Source: Anaerolineae bacterium
Lineage (GTDB): Bacteria; Chloroflexota; Anaerolineae; UBA1429
DNA length: 64,000 nucleotides
Reading direction: 5' to 3'
Assembly (NCBI GenBank): GCA_963675785.1
Contig: OY776562.1
Coordinates: forward strand, 1,760,001 to 1,824,000
How positions within the stretch are numbered: position 1 is the stretch's first letter; every line of letters starts with the position of its first letter. Positions 48,922 through 59,341 of the stretch are shown piece after piece. Below the pieces are notes generated by a model, which saw only the letters and a list, made by a program, of their open reading frames with translations, was not told the DNA's origin and did not search any database. Both the position numbers and the translations under genes were made by a program.

Positions 48922-49908
48922 ATGACCCTGGAAGAAATCGCCAAAATAGCTGGTGTTTCGCCCGCCACGGTTTCGCGCGTGGTCAATAATAACCCTCGCG
49001 TAAGCCAGGAAACACGCGACCATGTACTAAGCGTCATTCAGGAACACGGCTATACGCCCAACGAAGCCGCCAGAGCGCTGGCCAGCAGCCGCTCCCACAT
49101 CATCAGTCTGGCCATCCCCACCGGCATGGAGACGCTGTTCAGTGGCTATGCCAAGATGGCCGAGGGTATTGCCCATATCTGCGCCAAACACGGCTATCAT
49201 TTGATGATTTCGCCGCTGCCCATGGACGATTTGGATACCTGCATGGCTATGCTTAATAACTCGCCAGCCGAAGCGGTCGTTGTAGCCAACGCCCAATGCG
49301 GCCCTGAATTCCTTTTCCGGCTGGAAAAAGAAGGCATCCCCTTTATCATGCGGGGCTCTAATCCCCCCTCCCCCGACATGGTGGCCGTTGGGCCAGATTA
49401 TGTTAGTGGTGGCTATATGGTGGCTAGGTACCTCATTGGTCATGGCCGGCGCAACTTGGCCGTCATTGGTGGACCCGACTTTCACGGCGGTGCCAACGAT
49501 CGCATGGAGGGATTCCGTCAGGCTTGCATCATCTCGGGCATCGAATTGCCAGATGAACGCATATACCGCGGCGCGTTTTTGCCCGAGACAGGCATGGAGG
49601 CCATTCACGCCTGGGCCTCAAAAGGTATCGATTTTGACGGTCTGTTCTGTATGAGTGATGGCATCGCTGTAGGAGCACTAGAGGCTCTGCAAGGACACGG
49701 CATCAACGTGCCAGAAGATATCTCTGTAATTGGCTTTGATGACTCGGAGATCGCCACCATGATCCGCCCCAGGCTCACCACGGTGGGTCATGCTCAGCAA
49801 GAAATTGGTGAGCGCATAGCAAATTTACTCATTGGTTGGTTGGAGACAGGCGTCAAGCCAGCCGGATGGGCGTTTCCGGTACATCTTGTGGAACGGGAAT
49901 CATGCTAG
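48922..49908 (+). CDS. LacI family transcriptional regulator
   Basis: TLEEIAKIAGVSPATVSRVVN, YTPNEAARAL, VPEDISVIGFDD. Confidence 0.95.
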   Translation: MTLEEIAKIAGVSPATVSRVVNNNPRVSQETRDHVLSVIQEHGYTPNEAARALASSRSHIISLAIPTGMETLFSGYAKMAEGIAHICAKHGYHLMISPLPMDDLDTCMAMLNNSPAEAVVVANAQCGPEFLFRLEKEGIPFIMRGSNPPSPDMVAVGPDYVSGGYMVARYLIGHGRRNLAVIGGPDFHGGANDRMEGFRQACIISGIELPDERIYRGAFLPETGMEAIHAWASKGIDFDGLFCMSDGIAVGALEALQGHGINVPEDISVIGFDDSEIATMIRPRLTTVGHAQQEIGERIANLLIGWLETGVKPAGWAFPVHLVERESC

Positions 49909-49986
49909 CCAAATAGGAAAATACCTCTGCCGCTTTGATTGCATGGGAAAATACACCGCACTGCCAATTCTAGATGGAGGATGGAA

Positions 49987-51993
49987 ATGAAGGTTTCACG
50001 CCGTGAGTTCGTCCGCATATCGAGCCTGACTGCTGTAGCAGGTATTGCAGCAGCTTGCACACAGGCTACGGCCACACCAGAGCCCACCACCGCCCCAACG
50101 CCAACAACCGCCGCGGCAGCCACTAGCGCGCCAGAAGCTACCGTCGAACCCGTTTCTATGTACAAAGAAGCCCCGATGCTGGCTGAAAAAGTGACCGCTG
50201 GCGAACTGCCCACAGTAGACGAACGACTGCCCATCGAGCCCTGTGTAGCGCCTGTACTGGAAGGCATCGGCAATTACGGGGGCGCCATGCGTCGTGGCTA
50301 TACAGGCATGTCCGACCGCCAGGGCCCACGCAAGATCCGAGAAAAGAGTTTCATCTGGTTCACGCCTGATTTTGCTGTTCGACCTGCCCTGGCCAAAAGC
50401 TGGGAGCTAAGCGACGATGCCCGCGTCTGGACCTGGCACCTGCGTGAAGGCACCAAATGGTCAGACGGTGAGCCCTTTACCAGTGCAGACATTCAATGGT
50501 TTTGGGATAATCGTCTCAACAACGCCGAAATCACAACAGCTCCGCCAAGTGAATGGTCTACCGGAACGCCAAGCATACTCGCCACCTGCGAGACCCCCGA
50601 TGCCTATACTGCCGTTTTTACCTTTCAGGACCCCAACCCGCTGTGGATTTACAAACTCGCCTGGGAGAACAAGCCATTTACGCCAGTTCACTATATGGAG
50701 CAGTATCATCCTGACTTTGCCGGCACAGAAGCTGTCGAGGCTAAAGCGACGGAATTGGGCTTTGATACCTGGCAGTCACTTTACCTGGAATTGGATGATC
50801 GACGAGACCTACACCCCGACCGCCCCTGTTTGGATGCATGGGTGTGCACCAATAAACTGGGAGAAGAGCTGTTTCTGATGGATCGAAACCCTTATTTCTG
50901 GGAGATTGATGAAGAGGGGAATCAGCTACCTTATATTGATACGATTCAGCATAGACTTTTTGAAACAACCGAAGTGCTGAATATGTGGATCATCAACGGT
51001 GAAATCGACTTTCAGGGGCGCAAGCTCAGCATCGCCAACTATACCATCTACAAAGAAGGAGAAAATGGCGGTGACTATGCGGTCGCATTGATGAAAAACG
51101 ACGAGTTTGTTGGTGTGTGCCTGAACCAGACTGTCAATGATGAGCGATTACGCGAGTTTTTCCAAAATCGCAATGTGCGCATTGCCATCTCGCACGCAGT
51201 AAACCGTGATGAGATGAACGAACTCGTCTACGATGGGCTGGGCACACCCGGCCAATACGCCCCTGTCGATGGTTCGCCGCAGGCTTATCCAGAGCTAGCC
51301 CAAGCCTATATCGAATTTGATCCGGATCTTGCCAGCCAACTTTTGGATGAAGCCGGGTATGCCGAAAAAGATGGTGACGGTATGCGGGTCTGGCCGGGCA
51401 CCAACGAGCTCATCAGCTTTCAAATCGAAGGTATCTTTGAGGGTGGCTCTCCCGAAGAAGATGCTGCCCAGTTAGTCAGCAAGTACCTGCATGATGTGGG
51501 CATTAAAGCTGACTACAAGTACCTCGAACGCTCACTCTATGAAGAGCGCTGTGAGATCAACGACCTAACCGCTGGCTGGTGGGGTTGTGATCGCGCCGAG
51601 TTACCCATCGTCGATCCGGGCAACTTTTTGGGAATCCAAACTCAGCGCCCATGGGGTGCCGCCTGGGGCATTTGGTATAACACAGGGGATACAACAGTAG
51701 GCGAGGAGCCTCCCGCGGATCACTGGATCCGCCGTATCTGGTCGGCCTATGAGGCTTCCATCATCGAGCCCGATTGGGATCGGCAGGTCGAGCTATTCTC
51801 AGAGATCTTTGAGGTTTGGAAAGAAGAGCTGCCAGCCAATATGTTCATCGGCCAATTCCCCGTTCCTGTGGTGGTCAAGAACGGTTTGCGCAACTTTGTA
51901 GGTGGTTATACCAGCGGCCGTATCCGCTGTGATGAAAACCTCTTTGGCGACCAGACGCTGTACTGGGAGAGTCCAGAAGAACATACGTTGTAA
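49987..51993 (+). CDS. ABC transporter substrate-binding lipoprotein, family 5, TAT-exported
   Basis: SRREFV twin-arginine motif, IAAAC lipobox, PT-rich linker, GELPTVDERLP, LREGTKWSDGEPFT, NPYFW.ID.EGNQLPYID. Confidence 0.9.
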   Translation: MKVSRREFVRISSLTAVAGIAAACTQATATPEPTTAPTPTTAAAATSAPEATVEPVSMYKEAPMLAEKVTAGELPTVDERLPIEPCVAPVLEGIGNYGGAMRRGYTGMSDRQGPRKIREKSFIWFTPDFAVRPALAKSWELSDDARVWTWHLREGTKWSDGEPFTSADIQWFWDNRLNNAEITTAPPSEWSTGTPSILATCETPDAYTAVFTFQDPNPLWIYKLAWENKPFTPVHYMEQYHPDFAGTEAVEAKATELGFDTWQSLYLELDDRRDLHPDRPCLDAWVCTNKLGEELFLMDRNPYFWEIDEEGNQLPYIDTIQHRLFETTEVLNMWIINGEIDFQGRKLSIANYTIYKEGENGGDYAVALMKNDEFVGVCLNQTVNDERLREFFQNRNVRIAISHAVNRDEMNELVYDGLGTPGQYAPVDGSPQAYPELAQAYIEFDPDLASQLLDEAGYAEKDGDGMRVWPGTNELISFQIEGIFEGGSPEEDAAQLVSKYLHDVGIKADYKYLERSLYEERCEINDLTAGWWGCDRAELPIVDPGNFLGIQTQRPWGAAWGIWYNTGDTTVGEEPPADHWIRRIWSAYEASIIEPDWDRQVELFSEIFEVWKEELPANMFIGQFPVPVVVKNGLRNFVGGYTSGRIRCDENLFGDQTLYWESPEEHTL

Positions 51994-52000
51994 GAAGTAT

Positions 52001-52035
52001 AAAATCCCCTCTCACATTCTTGTGAGAGGGGATTT
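52001..52035. terminator. Bidirectional terminator
   Basis: aaatcccctctcaca / tgtgagaggggattt. Confidence 0.85.
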
Positions 52036-52058
52036 GTTATACTAAGGAGAGTTAGATA

Positions 52059-53165
52059 TTACGAGTCAATTCCCATATTCTTGAGCATTTCCTCATTTAT
52101 TTTCTCTACCTGGAATTTCTCCAGACAGATTTTATAGCTCTCCGTGCCCATTCTAGCTATCTCGGGCTCATTTTGGATAAACCATTCCATTTTTTGGGCC
52201 AAAGCATCGCTATCACGAGCTGGTATGAGAAATCCATTTCTCCCCTCGACAACTGTCTCTCTACAACCGGGAACATCCGTTGTCAGAATGGGCCGTCCCA
52301 TAGCCATTGCCTCAAGGACAGTTCGAGGGATGCCCTCTCTATATGAAGAAAGTACATAAACAGAGCATTGTCTATAGTACGAGGCTACATCATCTGTCTC
52401 GCCAAAGTATTCGATGACACCATCTTTGATATACGGAGCCAGATCATCTTCCTTTAAAGAGTCCGATATGTTTTCTATAGCTCCGAGCAACATGAACCTT
52501 ACTTTAGGATATTTACTTTTGATCTGCGAGGCAGCCTGCAAGTACTCCATAACACCTTTGCTGGCGATGACTCGAGAAAGCATAAAAAATGTGGTGATTT
52601 CTGGAAAGGGTACCAGAGGAAATAGCTCCATATTGACGCCAGACCCATCAACCAAACGACACTTCTGAGGTTTTAGCAAGCCAAGTTCGGTAAATTGGCG
52701 CAGATCATCTTTATTTTGAAATATGACCCTGTCCGTACAGGTAAAAGCAATACGATACAAAATACTAACCATTAATTTTGTGAATTTGGCTCTCCCCCCT
52801 TTGGCAGTGAAGGCATAACCTGCACCGGTGACCATGGTATTAATGTTCTTCACTCCAGCCAATTTCGCCGCAATGGAGCCATAGATATTAGGCTTGATAG
52901 TATATGCGAGTACCACATCCGGTTTCTCCGCTTTGATTAGTCTGTATAGGTTACTCAAGTACCTGAGATCCCCAATTATACTAAATCCATTTTTATCCAA
53001 GGGGATTACCTGAAGAAGAGCGCCCAGCTCGTTGATCTTTTCCAATCCATCTCTGTTAGGGCCAGTCACAACAATATCATAGCCTCTTGAGGCAATCTCT
53101 CGAAGTAAGTCTCCCCTAAAATTGTATACCGTTCTATTCTTCGGCGAGATCAGCAGGAATTTCAT
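52059..53165 (-). CDS. Glycosyltransferase family 4 (CapM/PglA-like)
   Basis: Motifs NFRGDL, YTIKPNIYG, FQNKDD, GSGV, SYREGIPRTVLEAMAMGRP, DVPGCRE. Confidence 0.92.
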   Translation of the reverse strand: MKFLLISPKNRTVYNFRGDLLREIASRGYDIVVTGPNRDGLEKINELGALLQVIPLDKNGFSIIGDLRYLSNLYRLIKAEKPDVVLAYTIKPNIYGSIAAKLAGVKNINTMVTGAGYAFTAKGGRAKFTKLMVSILYRIAFTCTDRVIFQNKDDLRQFTELGLLKPQKCRLVDGSGVNMELFPLVPFPEITTFFMLSRVIASKGVMEYLQAASQIKSKYPKVRFMLLGAIENISDSLKEDDLAPYIKDGVIEYFGETDDVASYYRQCSVYVLSSYREGIPRTVLEAMAMGRPILTTDVPGCRETVVEGRNGFLIPARDSDALAQKMEWFIQNEPEIARMGTESYKICLEKFQVEKINEEMLKNMGIDS

Positions 53166-53389
53166 TGCTACACCTTTGTTATTTCGTAATTTATATCAAC
53201 TTATCCAGATGACACCCTAATAAACAGCTGCATCCTGAAATCCTACATGAGAGACGAAAGACGTGACCCTATCTCCACAAGATCATCTCATGATCTATTC
53301 AGGTTAGCTTGCATTTATCAAACATATGCTAGAAGACAAGTGTGAATGCAAGATGTGGTACGGCTAGAGAGGTCATGAATCGATGATGC

Positions 53390-54310
53390 TCAAATGAGAG
53401 CAGAATTATCCTTGAATTCCCTCAAATTCTTATATATCAGGTCGAATAGCCTCGTATTAATCCTATCTGAGAGGAAAGAATTATGTGGTGTAACTATTAC
53501 CTTCTCAATATCCCATAAGGGGCTATCCTGAGGCAAAGGCTCCTCCTCGAACACATCGAGAGCAACACCAAGAAACTTGCCTTTGAGAATAGCCTGGATT
53601 AAAGTCCCCTCGTCTATGATCCCTCCACGCGAAGTGTTGATAAGGACGGCGTCATCTTTCATTCGAACGATATTTTCGGCGTTGATCAATCCGCGCGTTT
53701 CATCAATCAGCGGAATGGTCAGAATGACTATATCACTCCTACCGAAAACATCCCCAATTCTCTCTAGTGTGTAATATTCATCAACCAGCCCCTGAACTGG
53801 CTCGCGTCTGCTAATGCCGATCAAATGCACGTCAAATGCCCTCAATCGCTTGGCAACCTCTGTCCCGACACTACCCACACCAACTATCAAAGCTGTTTTG
53901 CCAGCAAGTTCTAGTAGATCGCGCTGCTTTTGCCAAAGATGTCGAGACTGCGTATCGTAGAACTGTCTGCTCTTTTTGTAGATTGTCAGAACCATGAGCA
54001 CGATCCACTCTGCCATAGGCACACTATAGACATCCTTGGCATTATGGAGAGTGATCTTGTGCTCCTGGATATAGCTGATCGGCACTCTATCTAGGCCTGC
54101 ACTTGTAAGCTGAATAAACTTTAGATCGTAGAAACTGCGAATATCGTTGCAAAGAAATAGACTATTGCACACTATAGCATCCAACCTTGTCGTATCGATC
54201 GACAAAGGAATACGTTCGTCTTGAACGAAGATTAGGTCGTACCCCAAAGTCTCAAGCTTTTTCACTTGTGAATCTGTATAGGGAAAAGCTCCGGTCAACA
54301 AAAGCTTCAT
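53390..54310 (-). CDS. D-2-hydroxyacid dehydrogenase family protein
   Basis: SAGLD, GVGSVG, INTSRG, LDVFEEEPL, TPHNS catalytic set. Confidence 0.9.
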   Translation of the reverse strand: MKLLLTGAFPYTDSQVKKLETLGYDLIFVQDERIPLSIDTTRLDAIVCNSLFLCNDIRSFYDLKFIQLTSAGLDRVPISYIQEHKITLHNAKDVYSVPMAEWIVLMVLTIYKKSRQFYDTQSRHLWQKQRDLLELAGKTALIVGVGSVGTEVAKRLRAFDVHLIGISRREPVQGLVDEYYTLERIGDVFGRSDIVILTIPLIDETRGLINAENIVRMKDDAVLINTSRGGIIDEGTLIQAILKGKFLGVALDVFEEEPLPQDSPLWDIEKVIVTPHNSFLSDRINTRLFDLIYKNLREFKDNSALI

Positions 54311-55290
54311 GCCTTGTGTGCTTTTCTTGCAGTCACTGTAAACACTTTTGTGATTACCTTATCAATGCCTTGTCCAACTCTGGATGCTGTAAGATGTAAC
54401 AAAAAAGCTGAAAGAATAATCATGCTGGTAATTATTATCCAGTTCAAAGGGAAAACCATAAAAGCTAATTTGCGGATAATTACATATTGGACCACGTAAA
54501 TTTCGAGTGTGATCATGGAGACAAAGCTAAACACTGCTTTGAGCTTTTTGGGCAAGGCATCAAGCCATCCATCGATACCAGCAAAGCATCTCATGATATA
54601 CGCCAAGGTTATAAAAAGAACGATTTGATTTACTAGTTGATAAGAACTCAGCTCAGGGAATCGTACAAAGGCCAGCTTTGAAATGGCATAAACGACAATC
54701 GCAACTGCCAGAATCAGCCAGTTATAGCGCTTATTATCATTCAAGAACCTATCATTATTTTTTCTAAAGTAGGCTCCCAGAAGCATGGACTCGAAAAAGA
54801 GAAATCGTATCATGGGTTCCCGTACGGTATCGATGTGGTAATAAGATCTATCGTATGCAAACACATAAATGATTACCTGAATAAAGAATACTATGGTCAT
54901 CACCCAGATAATTTTTTTTGATAGAAACTCATTTTTAATAATAAGGTAATACGGAACATATAAAAGGATAATGGAAGAGATAAAATGATAATAAGTTGGA
55001 TAAAGAAAATATTGAAGCAGCGAAAAATCGTCCAAGGAGTATAAATTCAACAAAAGGTAGATTGCCGTCACAACCCAAACTGCAGGATAGATCCGAGTAA
55101 TTCGTTTCTCGTACCAGCAAAAAAATTTGTCATGCAGATTAGCTAAAACAAATCCCGAGACCGAGAAGAACAAAACGTCTCCCAATAACCCGCCGTTGGC
55201 AATCAAGTCTGTGGGATATACACCTGTATAGTGCGCATTCGTAATCAGAATCGCAGCCAAAGCCCTTAGCACCGTGGCATAAAAGATCAC
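54307..55290 (-). CDS. Acyltransferase-3 family membrane O-acyltransferase
   Basis: LRALAAILITNAH, GDVLFFSVSGF, KRITRIYP, ITLEIYVVQ. GTG 55290 follows AGGAGG. Confidence 0.85.
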   Translation of the reverse strand: MIFYATVLRALAAILITNAHYTGVYPTDLIANGGLLGDVLFFSVSGFVLANLHDKFFCWYEKRITRIYPAVWVVTAIYLLLNLYSLDDFSLLQYFLYPTYYHFISSIILLYVPYYLIIKNEFLSKKIIWVMTIVFFIQVIIYVFAYDRSYYHIDTVREPMIRFLFFESMLLGAYFRKNNDRFLNDNKRYNWLILAVAIVVYAISKLAFVRFPELSSYQLVNQIVLFITLAYIMRCFAGIDGWLDALPKKLKAVFSFVSMITLEIYVVQYVIIRKLAFMVFPLNWIIITSMIILSAFLLHLTASRVGQGIDKVITKVFTVTARKAHKA

Positions 55291-55291
55291 G

Positions 55292-56131
55292 TCACACGCC
55301 TCCTGATCCCAAAGAAATACAGCGCACAATATCATTAACCTTGTTGCGAACTAGTATCGCATTTTCCTCGAAAAAGCTCTTTTCCTTCTGAGATAGGACT
55401 TGTTCATAAACACGGATATCACGTACTCCCTCTGCGAAAATGACTCTAACCTGTGCAAGATCGTTTAGCATACCTGGATTGCAAAAACTTCTTGAGAGTA
55501 TGGCCATATTGGAGCCCAGCCGATAGTGCTCTGCCAGTATATTCTCAGCGGGTAGGGTTCCCTGCCCCAAACGGGCTATTCCCCCAAAGCCATAAGGGAT
55601 TCCATGTTCTTTTATCTTGTTGCAGATCATCTCCACAGTACCATCTGCCAAGAGCTCAAACATAAAATGCTTTTTGTAACCCATGTGCAGATCATTCAAG
55701 CCAATGTGAATACAATCAACGCCATCGATAGCAAGTAGAGAATCGAGCTGATCGACTGCTTCAGGAGTTTCGAGCAAGAGACATGTTCGAGCTCTTTGGG
55801 CCACGAAACCGACAAATTCTTGGGCTTCCCATATGCTTTTAAAAAAGGGAAGCATAATTATATCAGCCCCGCGGGAAACCACGTCATCAATCTCTTTAGC
55901 CGAACTCTCATATATCGGATTAACTCTGACTAGCAATTTTGCAAGTGTCAACACACTGCGAAGCCTGGCAACATCATCCAAACTGTGCGATGAAATGACC
56001 GTATCTAGATGGCCTTGCCGATCGACTTTGCCATTCTTTTCGAGATCGACAAATATCCAGTCAACACCACTGGCTTCTGCGATCAGTGCGATATCTGCAT
56101 TGTTTGTTATATACATTAGCTTCAGAGGCAT
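55292..56131 (-). CDS. HpcH/HpaI aldolase/citrate lyase family protein
   Basis: Motifs GVDWIFVDLE, LVRVN, GADIIMLP, LLET..AV, IHIGLNDL. Confidence 0.85.
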   Translation of the reverse strand: MPLKLMYITNNADIALIAEASGVDWIFVDLEKNGKVDRQGHLDTVISSHSLDDVARLRSVLTLAKLLVRVNPIYESSAKEIDDVVSRGADIIMLPFFKSIWEAQEFVGFVAQRARTCLLLETPEAVDQLDSLLAIDGVDCIHIGLNDLHMGYKKHFMFELLADGTVEMICNKIKEHGIPYGFGGIARLGQGTLPAENILAEHYRLGSNMAILSRSFCNPGMLNDLAQVRVIFAEGVRDIRVYEQVLSQKEKSFFEENAILVRNKVNDIVRCISLGSGGV

Positions 56132-56171
56132 TATTTAGGCCCTCTTATCTGAGAATAGCCTCAAACTATTG

Positions 56172-56768
56172 TCAAAATGCTGTTTTTTTATCATTTATAT
56201 TATCTTGCATTTTAATTACTTTGATGATCGTTTTTACAAAAATATTCACATCAAAACAAAAAGACATCTTCTCTATGTATTCCACATCATACTCTAGCCT
56301 TTTGCTCCAAGGAACATCTTTGCGACCGTTAACCTGTGCCCAGCCGGTTACTCCAGGCCGCACACCGAATCTTTTTTTCTGCTTTTCGGTATATTCTTCA
56401 TATGGCCAAGGATGATAGGTCAAAGTAGGCCGCGGCCCGATTAATGACATATCCCCTTTTATGATGTTCAACAATTGTGGGAGTTCATCCAAGCTTGTCT
56501 TTCGCAGAAACCTGCCCATTGGCGTAACACGGACATCATTCTTTATCTCATAAACCCCACCCTTTTCGGCACCAACACACATTGAACGGAATTTATAGAT
56601 CCAAAAGGCTGTGCCATCCAGGCCGAGACGCGCTTGCTTGAAAATGACAGGGCCACGCGAATCTATCTTGATAGCCAGACTCAAGATAAATAATAGCGGC
56701 GATAGTAAAAGCAAGCCCGTCACTGAGAAAAAGATATCCAGAATTCGCTTAACCTTTGGGTACGCCAC
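56172..56768 (-). CDS. Priming sugar-phosphate transferase (small PglC/EpsL-type)
   Basis: Motifs KRILD, FKQARLG, KFRSM, SLDELPQL.N...GDMSLIGPRP, RPGVTGWAQVNGR. Confidence 0.93.
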   Translation of the reverse strand: MAYPKVKRILDIFFSVTGLLLLSPLLFILSLAIKIDSRGPVIFKQARLGLDGTAFWIYKFRSMCVGAEKGGVYEIKNDVRVTPMGRFLRKTSLDELPQLLNIIKGDMSLIGPRPTLTYHPWPYEEYTEKQKKRFGVRPGVTGWAQVNGRKDVPWSKRLEYDVEYIEKMSFCFDVNIFVKTIIKVIKMQDNINDKKTAF

Positions 56769-56904
56769 CTGAATCTCCCTCTATCATCCAAATAGTTCCA
56801 TGGTTTCTATATAGTTTCACAGCCAAACACATAACGATATGTAAACTATCCGCTAGGCCGGGCCACACATCTCAAATTGTATTGCTTAAAGCGAACCCCA
56901 AGAA

Positions 56905-58323
56905 TTAGGAACCCGCTTTTCTATTTGCAAAATAAACACGTCGCGCAAAACCCGCAAGCCTCTTTTTATGAAAGGCTAGATATCCTGCTAATGCTACATA
57001 GAATATCCATAGTTCATGTAGCTCGACCCCAATTAAGAATAGGATCAATACAACCAACTCCCAACCAATCTCGTGCCAGTGCTTTTTCTCCATCTTTGCC
57101 CTAGAATAAATTTCGGTCGCATAGCTCCGGCCTAATAAGATAACTAGTGTTACCCAGGCAATGGATTCGGCCGATCCCCAAATGCGATATGCCCAAATGC
57201 TTGCCAAACACATGACAAAAGAGAATGCAAGATTGATGTAGAGAAATTGTTTCAGCCATCCCTTAGCATTGAATAAATTGCGAGTTACAATCGTCACCTT
57301 CGCCTGAGCAACTATTAAGGGTAAAAGAATGTGAAAATAGCCAAGTAATCCAATATATTGCGAAAAGAAAGACCGCACACCCCAAATAACTAGGGGATAG
57401 AAACCAAGAAGAACTAGAGAACTACTGCTAACGAGAATGATAGCATCATCAAAGTACTCACGCAGTTTATCACCTGCTCTACAAAATAAAGGATAAATTA
57501 CACTACCAAGTGCAGTAATAAAAAGTAATAAAGCATTTACAAGAGTAGTTCCAAATGAAAAAGAAGAAAACTCCTCAATAGGTCCGCCACGTTCAATTAC
57601 CATTCTCCCAAATGAGAGAAGTATCGTGTTTAGGACATTTATAACCGTAACGACAATGCCTGTCCTCATTGTGGAGATAATTTCGCTAAACGCTGTGCGA
57701 AGAGGCTCACAGATTCCAAACACAAGATCACGGCCAAACCAAACACTGATCATCAATGTAGCAGTTTTGGCGAAAATATCTGCTAATATGACAATTTTAT
57801 AGTTACTGTATCCAGACAATAGGCAGACTAAAACTGAGGCAGCCAAGGTAAAACGAGGTATTACCCGAAGGATTCCATATTTCTCAAAGCGATTCGTTAT
57901 CTGAAACACCATCAAAAAAAAGGTATTGAGGGCCATTATAATTAGATCAATTGCTACAAAAGAAAGGGCGACTCTTGTATCTGGAGCTTTTATAAAAGCT
58001 GAAAAAGCGATCAAGAATATGGCCATAATAATAGCCTGAGAAGCTACCATAACACGAAGAGAAGTCCTCAAAAAAGGGCGAGGGAGGGCATCATAGTCAT
58101 AACTTCCGAAGCGGATATACACACCATCATTGAAACCAAATTGAAAAACACCCACGTAGCCAGCATATAGCAAATAGGTCTGCCAATAACCATATTGCTC
58201 AACGCCAAGTAATCCGGGCAACAGAAAACCTATTAGCAGATTGGCTAGATACACTCCTCCCTGCGAAAGAAAAACAGAAACTGTATTTTGGATTAACTTG
58301 CTCTTAGCCCTTATCGATCCCAC
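56905..58323 (-). CDS. Oligosaccharide flippase (Wzx-like)
   Basis: LGVEQYGYWQ..LY..Y.G...FGFNDG and about 12-14 TM segments. Confidence 0.85.
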   Translation of the reverse strand: MGSIRAKSKLIQNTVSVFLSQGGVYLANLLIGFLLPGLLGVEQYGYWQTYLLYAGYVGVFQFGFNDGVYIRFGSYDYDALPRPFLRTSLRVMVASQAIIMAIFLIAFSAFIKAPDTRVALSFVAIDLIIMALNTFFLMVFQITNRFEKYGILRVIPRFTLAASVLVCLLSGYSNYKIVILADIFAKTATLMISVWFGRDLVFGICEPLRTAFSEIISTMRTGIVVTVINVLNTILLSFGRMVIERGGPIEEFSSFSFGTTLVNALLLFITALGSVIYPLFCRAGDKLREYFDDAIILVSSSSLVLLGFYPLVIWGVRSFFSQYIGLLGYFHILLPLIVAQAKVTIVTRNLFNAKGWLKQFLYINLAFSFVMCLASIWAYRIWGSAESIAWVTLVILLGRSYATEIYSRAKMEKKHWHEIGWELVVLILFLIGVELHELWIFYVALAGYLAFHKKRLAGFARRVYFANRKAGS

Positions 58324-58381
58324 TCTATGCCCAAACCTTCTTAATCTCTACTTTCAATAACATTGACAATCTTAACTTTGC

Positions 58382-59341
58382 TCACCAGGTTTTCCAGTTT
58401 TGACTAGAAACGCCGCCTTGTCGTGATAGACCATTAGGTGAAAGAAGGCGTTCTCTACTTTCAATAATCACCCGTTTCAAAAGCCTCGAATATTCTTTTG
58501 AGCGAAATGATCGCCAAAAGAAGCTGAAAAATCTTGTTAGCCAGAGAGGAAGAATTTTCCATAAAGGAGCACGTAAGTAACTGCGACAATAATAAATCTC
58601 ACTGAAGATGGAATGCATCATGCTAAACGCACTAGCATGACGTGTGCTACCGCGATGACGATGCGTCACTATTGCTTCTGGAATCAGAACAGTTCGATAT
58701 CCAGCACGTTCAGAAGCGATGCCAAGAATAAGTTCCTCTTCGAATAAAAAGGTGTTTTCATCTAATGGAAGAACTTCTTCGGCAAATTTTATGCTAAAAG
58801 CGAAACAACAACCTAAAACATAATAAACATCTATAGGATCATGAGGAATATAAGAAAAAGATAAAGGATTTCTGCGGTCTATTCCTAGATGGCGCAACAC
58901 CGTCTTATGGAGATATTTTTCTCTCAATCCTATCTTGCGGATTGAGTAGCCAATTTGATCTCTGCCATCAGGAAAAAGAACCCTAGGACCTGTTATTCCT
59001 ACATCATGATGTTTAATAAGGTATTCTATTAAAAAATCAATGCTGCACGGGCCAAAAACTATATCACTATTACACAAAACAATATTCTCGCAATGGTCCG
59101 CCAAAGCAAACTTAATGCCCATATTATTGCCAGCGGCATACCCTCGATTTTTGTCACTAGCAACAACCGTAACAATAGGAGAACCAATATACAGCTTTTT
59201 CAACTTAGCATAGGAGTCATCGGGGGAAGCATTGTCAACTATGTAGATATGATAATCTTGAGAGCAAGCCTCAGGCACTGTAGAAACACAGGTGAGTGTA
59301 TCCTGGCATGAGAGATAATTGAGAATGACGATCCCAATCAC
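58382..59341 (-). CDS. Glycosyltransferase family 2
   Basis: Motifs VILNY, IVDNASPD, NRGYAAGNN, NSD, DENTFLFEEE. Confidence 0.9.
   Translation of the reverse strand: MIGIVILNYLSCQDTLTCVSTVPEACSQDYHIYIVDNASPDDSYAKLKKLYIGSPIVTVVASDKNRGYAAGNNMGIKFALADHCENIVLCNSDIVFGPCSIDFLIEYLIKHHDVGITGPRVLFPDGRDQIGYSIRKIGLREKYLHKTVLRHLGIDRRNPLSFSYIPHDPIDVYYVLGCCFAFSIKFAEEVLPLDENTFLFEEELILGIASERAGYRTVLIPEAIVTHRHRGSTRHASAFSMMHSIFSEIYYCRSYLRAPLWKILPLWLTRFFSFFWRSFRSKEYSRLLKRVIIESRERLLSPNGLSRQGGVSSQNWKTW

Noticed and set aside
50060-50150. Pro/Thr/Ala-rich repeat
   Set aside because: An ordinary flexible linker of a lipoprotein, not a DNA repeat element.
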